From Callorhinchus milii (lineage: Eukaryota): a stretch of DNA of 64,000 nt. The notes beneath the pieces were generated by a model that was given only the letters and a program-made list of their open reading frames with translations, did not search any database and was not told where the DNA came from. Position numbers and translations under genes: made by a program. This document shows positions 50,744-63,469 of the stretch, piece by piece (positions within the stretch are counted from its first letter, which is position 1; each line of letters opens with the position of its first letter). Where the stretch lies: contig NW_024704758.1 of the NCBI RefSeq assembly GCF_018977255.1, positions 4,402,001 to 4,466,000 on the forward strand. Reading direction: 5' to 3'.

Positions 50744-51758
50744 GTGAGTGCCACTCTCTGTTAAACCTGCTCACAGCTAAAAAGAAGCTGGCCCAGGCTC
50801 AGACTATGCTGAGACCTGAATCTCACAGAATGTTATTCTATAGAAGTGAATTATTGAAATCCAGCTTTCCCTTTGGCTGGCGTTAATGTCGGATAAAAGT
50901 CTGTGTTGTGAGAGAGCACTCGATTACTCACTCTCTCTTTGCTAAGGCTGTTAAAGGGCATTCCAGCACGTTTTGTGTGGCAGTGTAGACATCATTGAGC
51001 TGAGCCAACTAGGATCTGTGGCCGTGCATTTAATACAGTTTTGAAATGCAAGAGTCACTAACGAGGGCAAAACCAACCTGTTGCTAGGGCGACAGATCTC
51101 TCCGTTACAGGAGTTGAGTCCTGTGGAATTTGCTTCGTTGGAAGCCTGCACTAGCAGGCAACGAAGGCAATACGATACATTTCTTATCGCTCATGAATCA
51201 CAATTGCAATCATGATCTACAGAGGAATGGAGTTACTTCATCGTTTTTCCATAAAATAAAAATAATGATATAATAATCCTTGCATTTGATACAGCGCCTT
51301 ATCACGTTGAGACGTCTCAGATTAAGCAATCCACTGCGATCTGCTGTTTTTGCTGTTTTGCTCACTCTCACTGCTGTTGTACAGATGTGCTTGAGCTACG
51401 GTAACAAGTATATTCTCTCTTGCAGCAGAGGGAAGGGATTTATCTCAGATCTTCCCTGCTCTGAATAGGGTCCAGGTTGAGCATGGCTATCATCCCAAAA
51501 GCTCAAGGATGGTTCGTGACCTGTGAGACTAACAAAATAAGAAAAAAATAAGACGACAGCAGAATTTTTGTGAAAATGTCCATTTAAAATGCATTGCTGA
51601 AGACTTGATGTTGTAATGAGATTGCATTGACACGTGTCATTGCACGGTGAAGATGTCATCTCAACAAAGTAATGTGCTGCTGATCTAGTTCTATCAGGCC
51701 TTGCTTTGACGACAGGACATTCACCCTTTATCAAAGCTGCATTTGGCTCTCAATAAAG

Positions 51759-52314
51759 TTTTTTGGGGGCAGCCGGGTGTCTGACACATATGGAAACCCA
51801 TCCCCATACTTAAGAGTATCCAAACCAAGCTGAGAATTCCATGCATCCCACCGACATATGGAAATCCCAGAGATAGATTGTTGGAATGAAATGCGCTCTC
51901 TCTCCCTGGAGGGACATATCCTGCCAATCTAATACCAGAAAATATTAGGCGCAGGTTGGCACGTGCCAAGACTTGGGGGACTCCAGATTGTGCGTTGGGG
52001 TAACTAATGGAGTCTAACCAGCTAACACCGGATAGTTTGCCATTGATATCGCTGTCCGGCAAGCTTTCCCACTGCTTGTCCAGCTAGTACCACCGTACTC
52101 GTTAGGGCTTTCGCTAACAGGGCTAACAGGAGCTGAGTGGGATGATTCCCTCTCCCCAGTGAATAGTCTGCCCTTCCATGTCCTGCCGATGAGCCAGGCC
52201 GGCTGTGCTGTCACCAGCAGTGCCCTGGAATACTGCGGACCCACCTGGCTCAGGAACCAGGACCACCTCAGAGGGATGGCTCGATTCCCAGATTCCGTCG
52301 TCAAACATGTCACC
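51759..52314 (-). mobile_element. Unclassified repeat, copy 2
   Basis: Reverse complement of 5051-5575. ORF-track translations of both copies share ARANL.LIFSGIRLAGYVPPGRESAFHSN. Confidence 0.88.
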
Positions 52315-53205
52315 AAGGGTGAAGGTGAAGCTTCTATAAAATCTAATTGGATCAAACTTTATCCTGATTCTTCCCAGGGATTTCTTTGTTCACCTTTTTT
52401 TTGTGTGGAGTCTCAATTGTTTTAGATAAGCTTTATGCACATGATAAAGTCACAGCAGGAGGCCGGTTCATGTGATTGTGCTTTAAATTGGGGGTTGAAG
52501 ACGTGGAGCTGGAATTTGTGCTGAGCTGTGGAATGACACCCTCTGCTGGGAGAGCAAGCAAACAACCAGCAGCTGTCCATGGTATATGAACCCCAGTCAA
52601 GAGTGGAGTTACAATGGTAAATGCCTCTTGACACATCAGGATAACTGCAGGATTCGCTCGCCGTACATCAATTTGACAGTCTCACAAATTAGATCCCATT
52701 AAATGTAACTTCTACGCGCAGCACACCAGATTCTGTGATTTCTCAGTAAAAACAAAATCACATTTTGAATAAAAATGTGTGCAGATTGTTTCAGTCATTG
52801 GTTGTGTCTCATCCAAGGGAAAAGGTAAGTTCCAGTGTTTCTCACGCTGAGCAATGAAAACACAAATAAAGAGGAGGATTTCATGCTGGGATTAGAAATC
52901 CACGTGATGGGAGTAAGTGAGGAAGAAATATAATGCGGTTTTGCATGAGAAAGCTCCGATAATTTCAGTTACCTAAGATGTTTGCAAATTGTGGGCGTTT
53001 TGCCCACAAAATATATACAGTCAATTCGCTTTACGATATATTCTGTGAAGTGCTTTGAGACGTCGAGAAGACGTGATAAGACCCTGTATCAAATGCAAGG
53101 ATTATCATTATTGTTATATTGCATTCCCTGCGAAATATGATCTGTTCTATACCTGGTGCTAGTCTGTGGGGAAATAGTTGTTTTTCTTTCTGTTTTCTTT
53201 TTCAG

Positions 53206-53330
53206 CAAGAGATGTACATGTACAAGGAGACATGCTACTACATGCACTTTGCATTGGCTGCCTATGGCTGGCCTATGTACCTAATGCGAAATCCGACCTG
53301 TGGACTCTGCAAACTGGCCAGCTCCTGTTC
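53206..53330 (+). CDS. DAGLA: DAGLA coding exon 8 (125 nt)
   Basis: Long pyrimidine tract then ttcag| QEMYMYKETCYYMHFALAAYGWPMYLMRNPTCGLCKLASSC(S); donor TC|GTGAG. Confidence 0.97.
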
Positions 53331-54246
53331 GTGAGTACAATCCCAATTCGAGTGCTGGAGGATACATCTATGGTTACATTTCCGGGGATTATTTGAATTA
53401 CACTCCCCACCTGAAGAAGGTGGATTAATTTTAGAGCAATGGTTTTCATTGAATTCACTGGACCACACATAAGCTCTCTTACCCTCCTGTTATCCGATAA
53501 GAGCTTGAAATGAGCTCAGAACATGCTCAGTCCAGCACCTAGTGCACTCACACTCGGCTCAGCCGAGAGCTGGTTGGATAGTGGTGATGCATTTGATTGC
53601 TGGTTTATGTATTAGATTGTTTTGAAAGTGATTTTGACAGTAATTACACTGCTGCAATCCATACTCTTATTGTAGAGCTGAGGGAGTGACATTAATGAGG
53701 GTGTAGGGTGTGCAGGGTGTCCACAAAGTCCTGTTGCAAAACAGTGATGTGGGACTACAGAGGAGCTGAAACTCGTTGTCGGAGATGCATTCCTCCTGCA
53801 CTGAACATGGTGACAGATGAAAATGATGGCACTCACTCACACCCATCCTCTTGACGTCTAAATACAGTCAAACACTTGTGCTGAATACAATCAAGTACTT
53901 CTGGATACAATTGGCCATCATTCTTCCACGCAAAACGTGGGGGAAACAGGACTTTGTGGACACCCTGTACAAATGGTTGAGACAAACCTGTGACCAGGTG
54001 CATCTGGTTGCTTAATCCAGTAAAGACGGGATTACACATGGTGTGCCACTGGATTGGTAGTGCCAGGGGAAGCACCCGCAGGGACAGAGCAAGTACCTAC
54101 ACATTGCCGTGCACCAGCTCTTTGGATCAGTTTGATCGAACAACCGTGACTTAAACCTGGATCTGGAGTTATGATGATGTGACGACAAAGAGCAATGAAA
54201 CAAAATCCTCGTTCTAACCATATCGCTGACTGCTCCCGTTTCCCAG

Positions 54247-54403
54247 GTGCTGCTGCTTTTGCCTCCCCCGACCCAGATATGCTCCAAGTGTGACCGTAGA
54301 GGAGGACAACTGCTGTAGCTGCAATGTCATTGCCATTAAGAGACACTTTGTGGATGAAGACATGCCGTCTGTGGACATTGTATATACTTCTTGCCACGAT
54401 GCG
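54247..54403 (+). CDS. DAGLA: DAGLA coding exon 9 (157 nt; cysteine-rich region)
   Basis: tttcccag|G then CCCFCLPRPRYAPSVTVEEDNCCSCNVIAIKRHFVDEDMPSVDIVYTSCHDA |GTATG. Confidence 0.96.
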
Positions 54404-55024
54404 GTATGTTGCTCTGCCTTGCAGTTAATATTTGTAGGTCTTGTACCAAGGTTTTGACTGATAGTCCCAATCCCTAGCTAATAGTTATATAGCGGGGCAC
54501 GTGGCTGGTTATGATGCAGTCTTACCCCGAGACCGCGCGCACGCCACCTGCCCCCAGAGCTCAAGTGGAGTGTTTTGGTCACTGATGTACAAGTGAATAT
54601 ATTCTAAGTATATTCTGTGAAGTCCTTTTGAGGCGTCTCAACCATGTGACACATACGCCGCTGTGTCAAATGCAAGGATTACAACACAAAGTACTTAATG
54701 CTGTGAGGGACTTGGAAGTATTTGTGGCTATAAGCATTCTGGAATTTATGTCGACATCGACATACACAGTAAATTTAACCTGTTCCTGTATGTTTTTTTG
54801 TTGACATCCATAGGATGTCTATATAAACCGGTTCGAGATAAGTGGGTGGCACTGTACTAGGCTAATACAGGCGAGGAGCTATCATGTTATATTTACTGGA
54901 GAACAGAGTTTGATTAGCTTAAATATCCTCACTGCTCCCAAGATTCTAGCACAGCCTGTAATGCATATCCCCTGACAGCTGCTGTTTCAGACATCCCTTT
55001 GGGTGTGATAGTTCCTTTTAAAAA

Positions 55025-55218
55025 AAATAATAAATTGGTCACTTCAATCCATGACTGTTTGTGGGATTCTGCTGTATGCAATTGTCTACCGTGTTTCGCC
55101 CACAAAATATACAGTCAGTTCACTTTACAATATATTTTGTGAAGCGTTTTGAGACGTCTTGAAGACGTGATAAGGCGCTATATCAAATGCAAGGATTATT
55201 ATATTACTATATTATATT
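55025..55218 (+). mobile_element. 5'-truncated Deu SINE
   Basis: aattggtcac...gactgtttgtggga...gagacgtcttgaagacgtgataaggcgctatatcaaatgcaagg(ATT)n. Similar tail-only copies lie near 3485, 4010, 6530, 17475, 23055, 25105, 48630, 49975, 51270, 52995, 54590, 59185 and 63790. Confidence 0.85.
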
Positions 55219-56348
55219 AAATTTTTCCCTCTGCATTCTACACTGTTGTGCTTTTTCATTCCTTATGGCTTCCCCAGCAATATTCCTGATTCAAGGAGCG
55301 GTTTGTCTGGCACAGCGGCACATTGTGCTGAGATACTGAATTATTCCAATTATTAATTGGAAGTAACAGGTTAATTGGTTAAAGATGGAAAAATGCACCT
55401 CTCAGTTTATAGCTGTCTTACCTTGTGCAGATGCCATGAATATGACTGTGTCAGAATATGACACCTAGAGTGAGTTGGCTCCAATGCTGTCTCGAGGTTT
55501 ATATGAATAGTTTATTAACCAAAGTGAGCTGCATTTGCTCTTATGGTTTATGGCGTTTTGAATCCATTACCTATGAATTATGATAAATAATAATCTGTGC
55601 ATTTGACATTTCACGCCATTAGTCAGTCTCAAAACAGCTTTACAGGAACTGTCTTGAGTTTTTATATACATGACCCACATTCTCCATTAAATACAAGCGT
55701 GTTGTTTATTGTATCGAACTAGATAGACAGAGATCACAAACTCTTCTCTATCTAGCTTGTGATTCAGGTGACTGTGTAGGAACTCAGCCATTATTTTAAA
55801 GTGGAGTTTTCCTCTTAGTTGTCGTGACTTATATTCCCTCGGCATTCCAAATTCCCTTCAAAAATGCTGCTTTGCGTGTAGGACATTTCTCCGGGTTCCC
55901 TCTGTTAAAAACATTCACTTCTATTCTTATTAATTCCATTCTGTGTCCAAGGTATTTGTATTACTGTATAAATCTGTTTTTGAATTACACTTGCTGGTTG
56001 GATTCTGAGCAAGCTCAAAAGATAGCTCTGCTTAGGTGATGTGTGATTCCATTCCTGCTAGAGATGAGCTCAGTGTGTGTCAAGAACTGCCACGTGCACT
56101 GACAGGCGTAGAAAGTAAAGTGAGAAAATCATTCCGTAATCTAATGGCAAATGTGAACTCATTTATTTTATATTGCAGCTTTCACCTTCTGGTGAAAAGA
56201 GATAAATGCACTCTAGCGGTTTGTTAAAGCCGGGGCTGGACTACGAACTTCTTACGAGATTCTTTATTTTGTTGGGAAATGTCACCCCTTTGGAATAAAC
56301 CTGTGTCTGTTAGTCGTGGTTATAATTCATTTTAATCACTGTTTCCAG

Positions 56349-56432
56349 GTCTTTGAAACTCCTTTCTATGTTGCCGTGGACCATGATAAAAAGAAGGTGG
56401 TGATCAGTATCCGGGGAACACTTTCACCGAAG
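56349..56432 (+). CDS. DAGLA: DAGLA coding exon 10 (84 nt; lipase class 3 domain, IRGT motif)
   Basis: gtttccag| VFETPFYVAVDHDKKKVVISIRGTLSPK |GTGAG. Confidence 0.97.
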
Positions 56433-56574
56433 GTGAGGTGTTGCAGCATTGCCTGTTTCTCTGTGGAATAACTCGCAGCTGATGATTGCTCTTCTGCTGG
56501 GTGGCAAATCTCTGTTCTGTGACAAAGAACTGACTTCAACATCAGGCCTATTTTATAGCAAGGAGTACAACAGC

Positions 56575-56955
56575 ATAACAACTACAACAAATTACATTTG
56601 TTACCCCCTTTCATGTCAGGAGGACGTCTCGAGGCACTGGACAGTCAGGGATTTGGACCCAAGCTGGGGGTCAGGATCAGGAAGGTAGGGCTAGGAGGGT
56701 GACCGAAGGCGTCATTGAAGAGGAGGGTCTTGAGACGGGCCTTGAAGGAGGCGAAGGAACTGTGGGATGGAGTTCCAGAGGGTGGGGGCAGAGAGGCTGA
56801 AGGCCCGGCCGCTGATGGTGCTTAAGGCCGGGCAGGGGACATAGAACAGGCCAGAGCTGGTAATGAGTTAACAGGTCACAGAGGTAGGGAGGAGCAAAGC
56901 TGTGGAGGGCTTTGAAGGTGAGGACGAGGATTTTGAACCCTATCTTCTGGGGGAA
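56575..56955 (-). mobile_element. L2-type LINE 3' end
   Basis: Minus-strand ORF FPQKIGFKILVLTFKALHSFAPPYLCDLL, plus tail. Confidence 0.85.
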
Positions 56956-57164
56956 TGATATAAACATAGAGCACAAGCTGTTACTTTAAAATAGGCCTTG
57001 TGTTTAGCATACTGACCCTCTACAATGGACATATTTAATTCAAGATCACTTTGCCTGGACATTTATGCCTCTACATATGGTTAGAAACAAACACACCCAA
57101 TCCATGCATGCATAGCCAGACACTCATATTCACTTTTTTTTTAATCTCTCTATCAGGATAGTGT

Positions 57165-57365
57165 GACAGTCTGGCTCATTTGGTCAGAAGGTTGTGGGTT
57201 CAAGCCCCATGTCGGGACTTGGAACTCATAGTCTTAAGTTGACACTCAAGTACCGTGCTGGGGTGTGCTATGTTATTGGAGATACCATCCTTCGGATGAG
57301 ATGTTAAACTGAGGTCCTGTTCAGGTTCAGGTGGATGTTAAAGATCCCTTGGCACGACTCGAAAT
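57165..57365 (+). mobile_element. SacSINE1-like SINE 5' part
   Basis: gtcagaaggttgtgggttcaagcccca...cttcggatgagatgttaaactgagg...ggtggatgttaaagatccc. Confidence 0.7.
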
Positions 57366-57509
57366 GAACGGCACAAATCATCTAAACCATCATATTTAAG
57401 ATCGAAACTGGGTCCTTCCTAGTTTGCATTCCTCCCGTTAACTAATCTCTCAGAACTGGCGCGTAGTGAACATACGTTGATTGTTATCTGTTTGTGGTTT
57501 GACTGACAG

Positions 57510-57587
57510 GATGCCTTGACTGACCTGACAGGAGATGCTGAGCGATTACCAGTGGAGGGGCACCATGGTACCTGGCTGGGCCACAAG
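57510..57587 (+). CDS. DAGLA: DAGLA coding exon 11 (78 nt)
   Basis: gactgacag| DALTDLTGDAERLPVEGHHGTWLGHK |GTAAC. Confidence 0.96.
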
Positions 57588-57986
57588 GTAACTGGATTCT
57601 TCTCTGCATCCTTGTTGAGGTGTGATGCGGGTATGCCTTCCCTCTTGAATGTTCGACACTTAGCCACAAGAGATATTTCAGTGGTACCTGAGGACGTGAC
57701 AGATAAATTTGATGGTGAATGATTCATGCCTAGCTAAAATAGAATAAAAATAAACCATTCTTCACACAGTGAGGTTCAAGAATGTAAACACCTTTCTTAA
57801 AATAGCCATAGACGGGGATTTAATTGAGTTATTTAAAAGGAAAATAGGTGGATACTTGGGAGGCAAAGGTATTTACGGGATGTGGAGAAAAGGCAGGGAA
57901 GTGGGATTAAAAGATCTGCCATGCTGGAATAACGGAGCAGACTTGACAGGATCAATGTTAAATTCGTATTCCTAAGCAAATACATT

Positions 57987-58534
57987 ATAATAATAACATT
58001 CCTTGCATTTGATATAGTGCCTTATCACGTCTTCGAGACGTCTCAAACTGTAAAGTGGAGTGACTGTGTGTTTTGTGGGCGAAACGCAGCAGCCAATTGC
58101 ACACAGCGATGTCCCCAAAACAGTCACGGATTGAGTGACCACATTATTATTATAATTTGAAATTTTATTTTGAAGGGATTATTACCCCCGGGAAAGCGAT
58201 CCGCCAATCGACTAACAAGCGGGTCTCTCCTTACTGCGAGGTAAACCTATTGCATTTACCAGCACGGATAACACAAATTTTTCAGTATTTCACGGAAAGG
58301 TCACTCTTGAAGCAGTTAATCCCCTCAAACTTGAGGTGTCTACCTGTACCCGGTCTGATCTATTAGAATTAGTTATTCAGTGCAGTTTCAAATTGCACAA
58401 TTGGCTGCCGCATTTCACCCACAAAATACACAGTTAATCCACTTTACAGTATATCCTGCGAAGCACTTTGAGACGTCTCGAAGACGTGATAAGGCGCTAT
58501 ATCAAATGCAAGGATTATTATTATTATTATTATT
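57987..58534. mobile_element. Inverted pair of truncated Deu SINEs (- ~57987-58180; + ~58394-58534)
   Basis: Both carry the gagacgtctcgaagacgtgataagg tail, in opposite orientations. Confidence 0.85.
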
Positions 58535-58867
58535 GCTCCATTCAGTGGGTCTAGTGTTTTTCTCTATTTTAAATGCTATTTTATTCAACATAAACAATCC
58601 GCTGTCAGTGACATCCCCGAATATCCCCGAATCCATTTATCTTTTGCATTCTCTCCCCCCTGCCTTCAAAACCCTCTTAAAAACATATCTTCTTGTCCAT
58701 GCCTTTCATCCAAAGTGTTGAATTATCTTTGCTCTCCTTTCCATGGAAGGCATGATAATAAAAGAAGTTGTTATAATTTGTCATGTCGTGTCACGCAACC
58801 AGTTTCTGATGTAAACCTGTGGCTAAAAGTGAAAACTTTTTCAGTATAACTGATGGTCACTTTACAG

Positions 58868-58948
58868 GGCATGGTGCTGTCTGCTGAGTACATTAAGAAG
58901 AAGCTGGAACAGGAGATGATTCTATCCCAAGCATTTGGCCGAGACCTG
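58868..58948 (+). CDS. DAGLA: DAGLA coding exon 12 (81 nt)
   Basis: ctttacag| GMVLSAEYIKKKLEQEMILSQAFGRDL |GTATG. Confidence 0.96.
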
Positions 58949-59396
58949 GTATGTTACCACTGATGTTCTTCACTTTCCTAGAATACTATACTGTGATTCC
59001 TTATGTTTACAGATTAGTTATTTTGCCGCTTTTAGTAAACAGGAATCCGTGTACTTTTAATACAAGCTTCGAGTTCCAAAATGTTCTCATGCAGCTTTGT
59101 TTTGCCCTCTCCTGAATCAACAACAATTTGAGTTTATATGGTGCTTAGGCTAACGTCTCTGAAAGTGCTGACTCAACAACAATTTGTCACAAAATATACA
59201 GTCAATTCACTTTATAGTATATTCTGTGAAGCGCTTTGAGATGTCTCGAAGATGTGATGAGGTGCTATATCAAATGCAAGGATTATTATTATGTATATAG
59301 TGCTTAGGGATGTTGGGTTCTGGGCAATGAGCAGAATAAGACCAGCTTATTCTTTATAGTCTTCCTTCAGTTAAGGACCCGAGAACAGAGGAACCA

Positions 59397-59790
59397 AAAC
59401 AACAACAACTTGGATTTATATAGCGCCCTCCACGCCGGACGGCCTCTCAGAGCCCTTCACAGTAACGGATCCCGGGACCGAGCCAGGGGGAGGGGAGGAA
59501 GGTGACCAAAGGCGCGGTCGAAAAGAAAGGTCTTTAGCCGAGATCTGAAAATAGGAAGAGAGGGGGTGAGGCGAAGGGAGTGATGAAGAGAGTTCCAGAG
59601 CCTTGGGGTGTAGTTGCTGAAGGCACGGCCGCCGATGGTGGAGCGGAGGATTCGTGGGACAATGAGGAGGCCTGACCCGGTGGAGCGAAGGCAATGGGCA
59701 CTGTTGTGAGGAGAGAGGAGGTCAGAGAGGTCGGGGGGTGCAAAGGATTGCAGGGACTTGAATACAAGGGTGAGGCTCTTGAAATCGAAA
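59397..59790 (-). mobile_element. L2-type LINE 3' end (second family, CpG-rich, little decayed)
   Basis: Minus-strand ORF FKSLTLVFKSLQSFAPPDLSDLL...IGGRAFSNYTPRLWNSL...FRSRLKTFLFDRAF; tail with a different stem-loop. Confidence 0.9.
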
Positions 59791-60475
59791 GACACTCAGC
59801 AACTCATGTCTTGAAAATTCTTTACTTAATAAGAAATGTAAAGTTTGTTAGTTCAATTGTCACAAATACAACAGACAGGTGACTAGCGTAGACAATTGTC
59901 CGTATCAAAGTCAGTTGGTAAATTCACAAACAGCAGCAAAACTCTTGCATCAGACAAAGTCTTTTACTTCAGACCTGAAACCTCTTGCTTGGTTATATTG
60001 ATCACAAAGTCAAAGTTGATGATGAACAGCTGAGCCCTGCGGTTTCTTCGACAGTTGTTAAACATTGTTATTCACCTCCTCCCGTAACTTTCAATCGATT
60101 TTAGAAGTTCTGGAATTTCTGCAATTTCCTTCTTCCTGAAATTGCTTGAAATTGAGTTAACGAAAATTGATGAAACGATGGAAACAGTCTACATCTGCTG
60201 GATTTTAACCCTGAAGACAACGCATTCGTTTCACCGCTTCATATCATCACATGAAAGATAGCTGTTGTGTGGACAGCAACTGATACGCCTTGTCCCAGGC
60301 TGAACAAATTATAGTTCGGGATTACACCTTTTACAATCGATTTTCCACAGGCAGGATGAGATTAAACAATCTTTCCTTTCTCACGTCCATGAAGCAATTA
60401 TCTCACATGAAAAGAATAATAAAATACAATCTGCAGAATTGTTATTACTCCTGCAGATTTGCTATGGAACTCTTT

Positions 60476-60592
60476 AACACAACACTGATTAAGACATGAG
60501 TTTGTTATGGGAAAATCTCTTCAATTACCTCATCGTTAACACAACACTAATTAAAACATGAATTTGTTATGGACGAACATCTTCAACAATCA
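60476..60592. repeat. Two tandem ~61-bp units
   Basis: taacacaacactgattaagacatgagtttgttatgg... followed by taacacaacactaattaaaacatgaatttgttatgg... Confidence 0.8.
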
Positions 60593-61704
60593 TTAGCTAC
60601 AATAACAAGTCATCTTGACATTTTTCTAGTTACATCATCATTTTTAACCATGAATCAAAATGGTGTCTATTCATCATGAGCATTTCTAACCATTGATTAA
60701 AATAATTATTTCGACTACATGGGGGTTAACATATATTCACAATTTTAGTTATGAAGCGGGATCACAACAGGGGCTAACGTCTTGAAGCACTTTACAGGAC
60801 ACTGCAGACCAGAGAGTGGGGAAAGAGGCAGATAAATCTAGGCAGAGTTCAAGAGGTAGGTTTTCAGGAAGATTTTAAAAACAGATTAGGGAGAAAATTC
60901 CAGAGGCCAGGGGTGTAACAGTTGAAGGCTTGTCTGTCCATGGTGTAGTGAGGGGGTGAGAAACATGCAACAGACTTGAGTTTGCTGAGTGGACGGGGTG
61001 AGCTGGAAAAGGCCACAGAGGTAGGAAACGGTGAGAGTGTCTGGAGATAAGAGTGAGGAACACCCTCAGTGCTGTATTGGAGTGTCACCCTAAACTATGA
61101 GCTCCAAGCGCCAATTTGAACCCACAAACTTCTGACTCCAAAGCAAAAACACTACCAGCTGAGCCAGGCTGACACCTGATGATTGTTGTGACAAATGTTA
61201 TTGAAGATCAGTCATGCGGCAATCACATCAAAGAACTGAGGCTGTTTAATGATGATCTGTGTATGAGGGCTCGGAGCTGTGTATCTGTGTTGAGTATCGT
61301 CAACCTGCGGTGACGGTGATTGGGAAGGGCATTCATTCTAAATCGATCTTCTCGCTCTGAATCTCTGTACTCGAGTCGAACTTTCATTTCTTCCAGCATG
61401 TAACCTGTCCAGCAGTTTAATTAATGTTTTAAACAGGACGAGTTCCTCTCGTGGCATTGTGGTACCGCTAGATAAGTAAAATCATAATGATCCTTGCAAT
61501 TGATGTCGCACTTTCTAATGTTAGGAGGATGCCTGAAAGTGTTTCACAAAGTGTACGCTGTAACGTGCAGTGACTGCATTTTGTCAGTGAAACAACTGCT
61601 TGCAACTCCCTCAGAACGTCTAACATCACTTGCCAGCAAAGAGCAATCAGGAAAGACTGACATATATTACCTTTGTTTCTTATCCCTCTCATATAAACCT
61701 ACAG

Positions 61705-61847
61705 GGCAAAGGGACCAAACATTATGGATTAGTGGTGGTCGGACATTCTTTGGGAGCAGGAACGGCAGCTATTCTCTCCTTCCTGCTCAGACCCCACTAC
61801 CCTACTCTCCAGTGCTTTGCCTACTCTCCCCCTGGAGGACTCCTCAG
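61705..61847 (+). CDS. DAGLA: DAGLA coding exon 13 (143 nt; catalytic Ser in GHSLG)
   Basis: cctacag| [47 protein letters not shown](S); donor AG|GTAAG. The Ser codon at 61747-61749 is residue 473 here (human S472). Confidence 0.97.
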
Positions 61848-62929
61848 GTAAGTACAACTTTGTGAAGTTGCACACGGTAGCACCAAACATTAACTGCTGT
61901 ACACAGACTCTAATAAATCGGGTTATAAAAAAAAACCTCCATATTTACTAGAGTTACAAAGGAACCGTGCTGTTCCATCCACAATAGGGAACAATGTTTT
62001 GATGGCTCTGTCTCTTTGGCTCTGTCAGAGGTTTCTGTGATCGGAGGTTAGGTATGGTTGTAGCCACTTAAAGGGAATATTGGCTAAAAAATGGATATGG
62101 TTAACTGAACCAACATTTGAACTTCTACAACTCTCCAATGAGAAATCTCTCCGTTGAATTGAGGCAGTTGTAATTGGGGCATCAAACTTGAAGGAAACAC
62201 TTGAAAGGGAAAGTCTCTCATTGCTGTATCATTGTGCCGTACGCACTCAGTTTGTCAAAAGAGGGATTTGAGATGCCATCCGGTGTGAATGGCCCCTATA
62301 TAAGTGCAAGTTGCTGTTGCTGTTGGAATCCATTTCTTTTTTTTGAATCAAAAACATTTTATTCAAAGGAACGATTTTGCAGTAATGAAGTTCCTATCAA
62401 GCATTTTATTATGTTTGCACACAAACACCAGCCTGGCCTAAAGCTAGATTTAACTCCTGTCGTTTCTCTGATCATTTCATTCCAAGCTGTAAATTGCTTC
62501 ATGCAAATGAATCAACAAGGGAAAACAACCTGATAAATTTTCTGTTTTATATTTGTTTAAGTTCCTCCAGGCTGAGTATGTGTAGCAGAGATCTGAAGGA
62601 GAATGTAGAAAGCAGCAGCTTTTTTTTCTCACATTTTCCCCTCATGATGATGATTCATTATTTGGTTTGAAAAAACCCTGCAGTACTATTCAAGAGATTC
62701 TGCAACTGCTGATATTGTTACAGATCTATGTTACTGATTTGAACTGAAACAAGCGAAGAATAAAGAATGATCTAAAGAGACAGGAAAGAGCTGAGCAGAA
62801 AAACTGAGGTAGAAGAAAGTGAAACAAAGATGGAGATTGAGATGGTATCATGTATTGTTGGGTGCAAGTTCCATATATCTCTTGATCGTCCAGTCAATTG
62901 TAGTTAATCTTCACTGTCCCGTCTCTACC

Positions 62930-63270
62930 TTATAGCCCAGCCGGCGATGGTAGGACAGGTCGGGCGGGAGATATGGAGCAGGTTGGAGAATGGAGGGAGT
63001 GGACAGGTTGGTAGGGGGTCAGCAGGTCAGAGAGATAGGAGAGGGCAAGGCCATGGAGGGCCTTGGAGGGCCTTGGAAGTGAGGACGAGGATTTTGAATT
63101 CCACCCTCTGAGGGATGGGGAGCCAGTGGAGCTGGGCGAGGGTGGGGGTGATGGGGTCACGGAGCCTGGTGCGGGAGTGGACACGAGCTACAGAGTTCTG
63201 GGGGAACTTGTGGAGGAAAAGTTGGGGAGGCCGACAAGAGGGAGTTTCCGTAGTTGAACCTTGAGGTGAC
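62930..63270 (-). mobile_element. L2-type LINE ORF2 3' remnant
   Basis: Minus-strand ORF QNSVARVHSRTRLRDPITPTLAQLHWLPIPQRVEFKILVL. Confidence 0.88.
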
Positions 63271-63400
63271 GAATACACGTTAACATTAAATATTAACGCT
63301 AGATTCCAACTATCCTCCATCATAGCCACACCAGCACGGTCAGCTTTGTGCTGTTCAACTGATCTTTGCTGATTCCTCACGTAATCTCTTAATTCTTTAG

Positions 63401-63469
63401 TGATGATGCAATGGAATACTCCAAGGAATTTGTGACGGCTGTTGTTTTGGGAAAAGACCTGGTACCAAG
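63401..63469 (+). CDS. DAGLA: DAGLA coding exon 14 (69 nt; catalytic Asp); gene continues past window end
   Basis: ttctttag|T then DDAMEYSKEFVTAVVLGKDLVP(R); donor AG|GTAAA. The Asp in GKDL is residue 525 here (human D524). Confidence 0.96.

Noticed and set aside
50241-50774. 177-aa antisense ORF over coding exons 6-7
   Set aside because: It is the antisense of coding exons joined by a stop-poor GT microsatellite, and it spans an N.
51770-52215. Hammerhead-like fragments (ctgacac...ggaaac; ccgatgag) in the unknown repeat
   Set aside because: The CUGANGA core and the matching GAAA/stem arrangement are not both satisfied in any copy.
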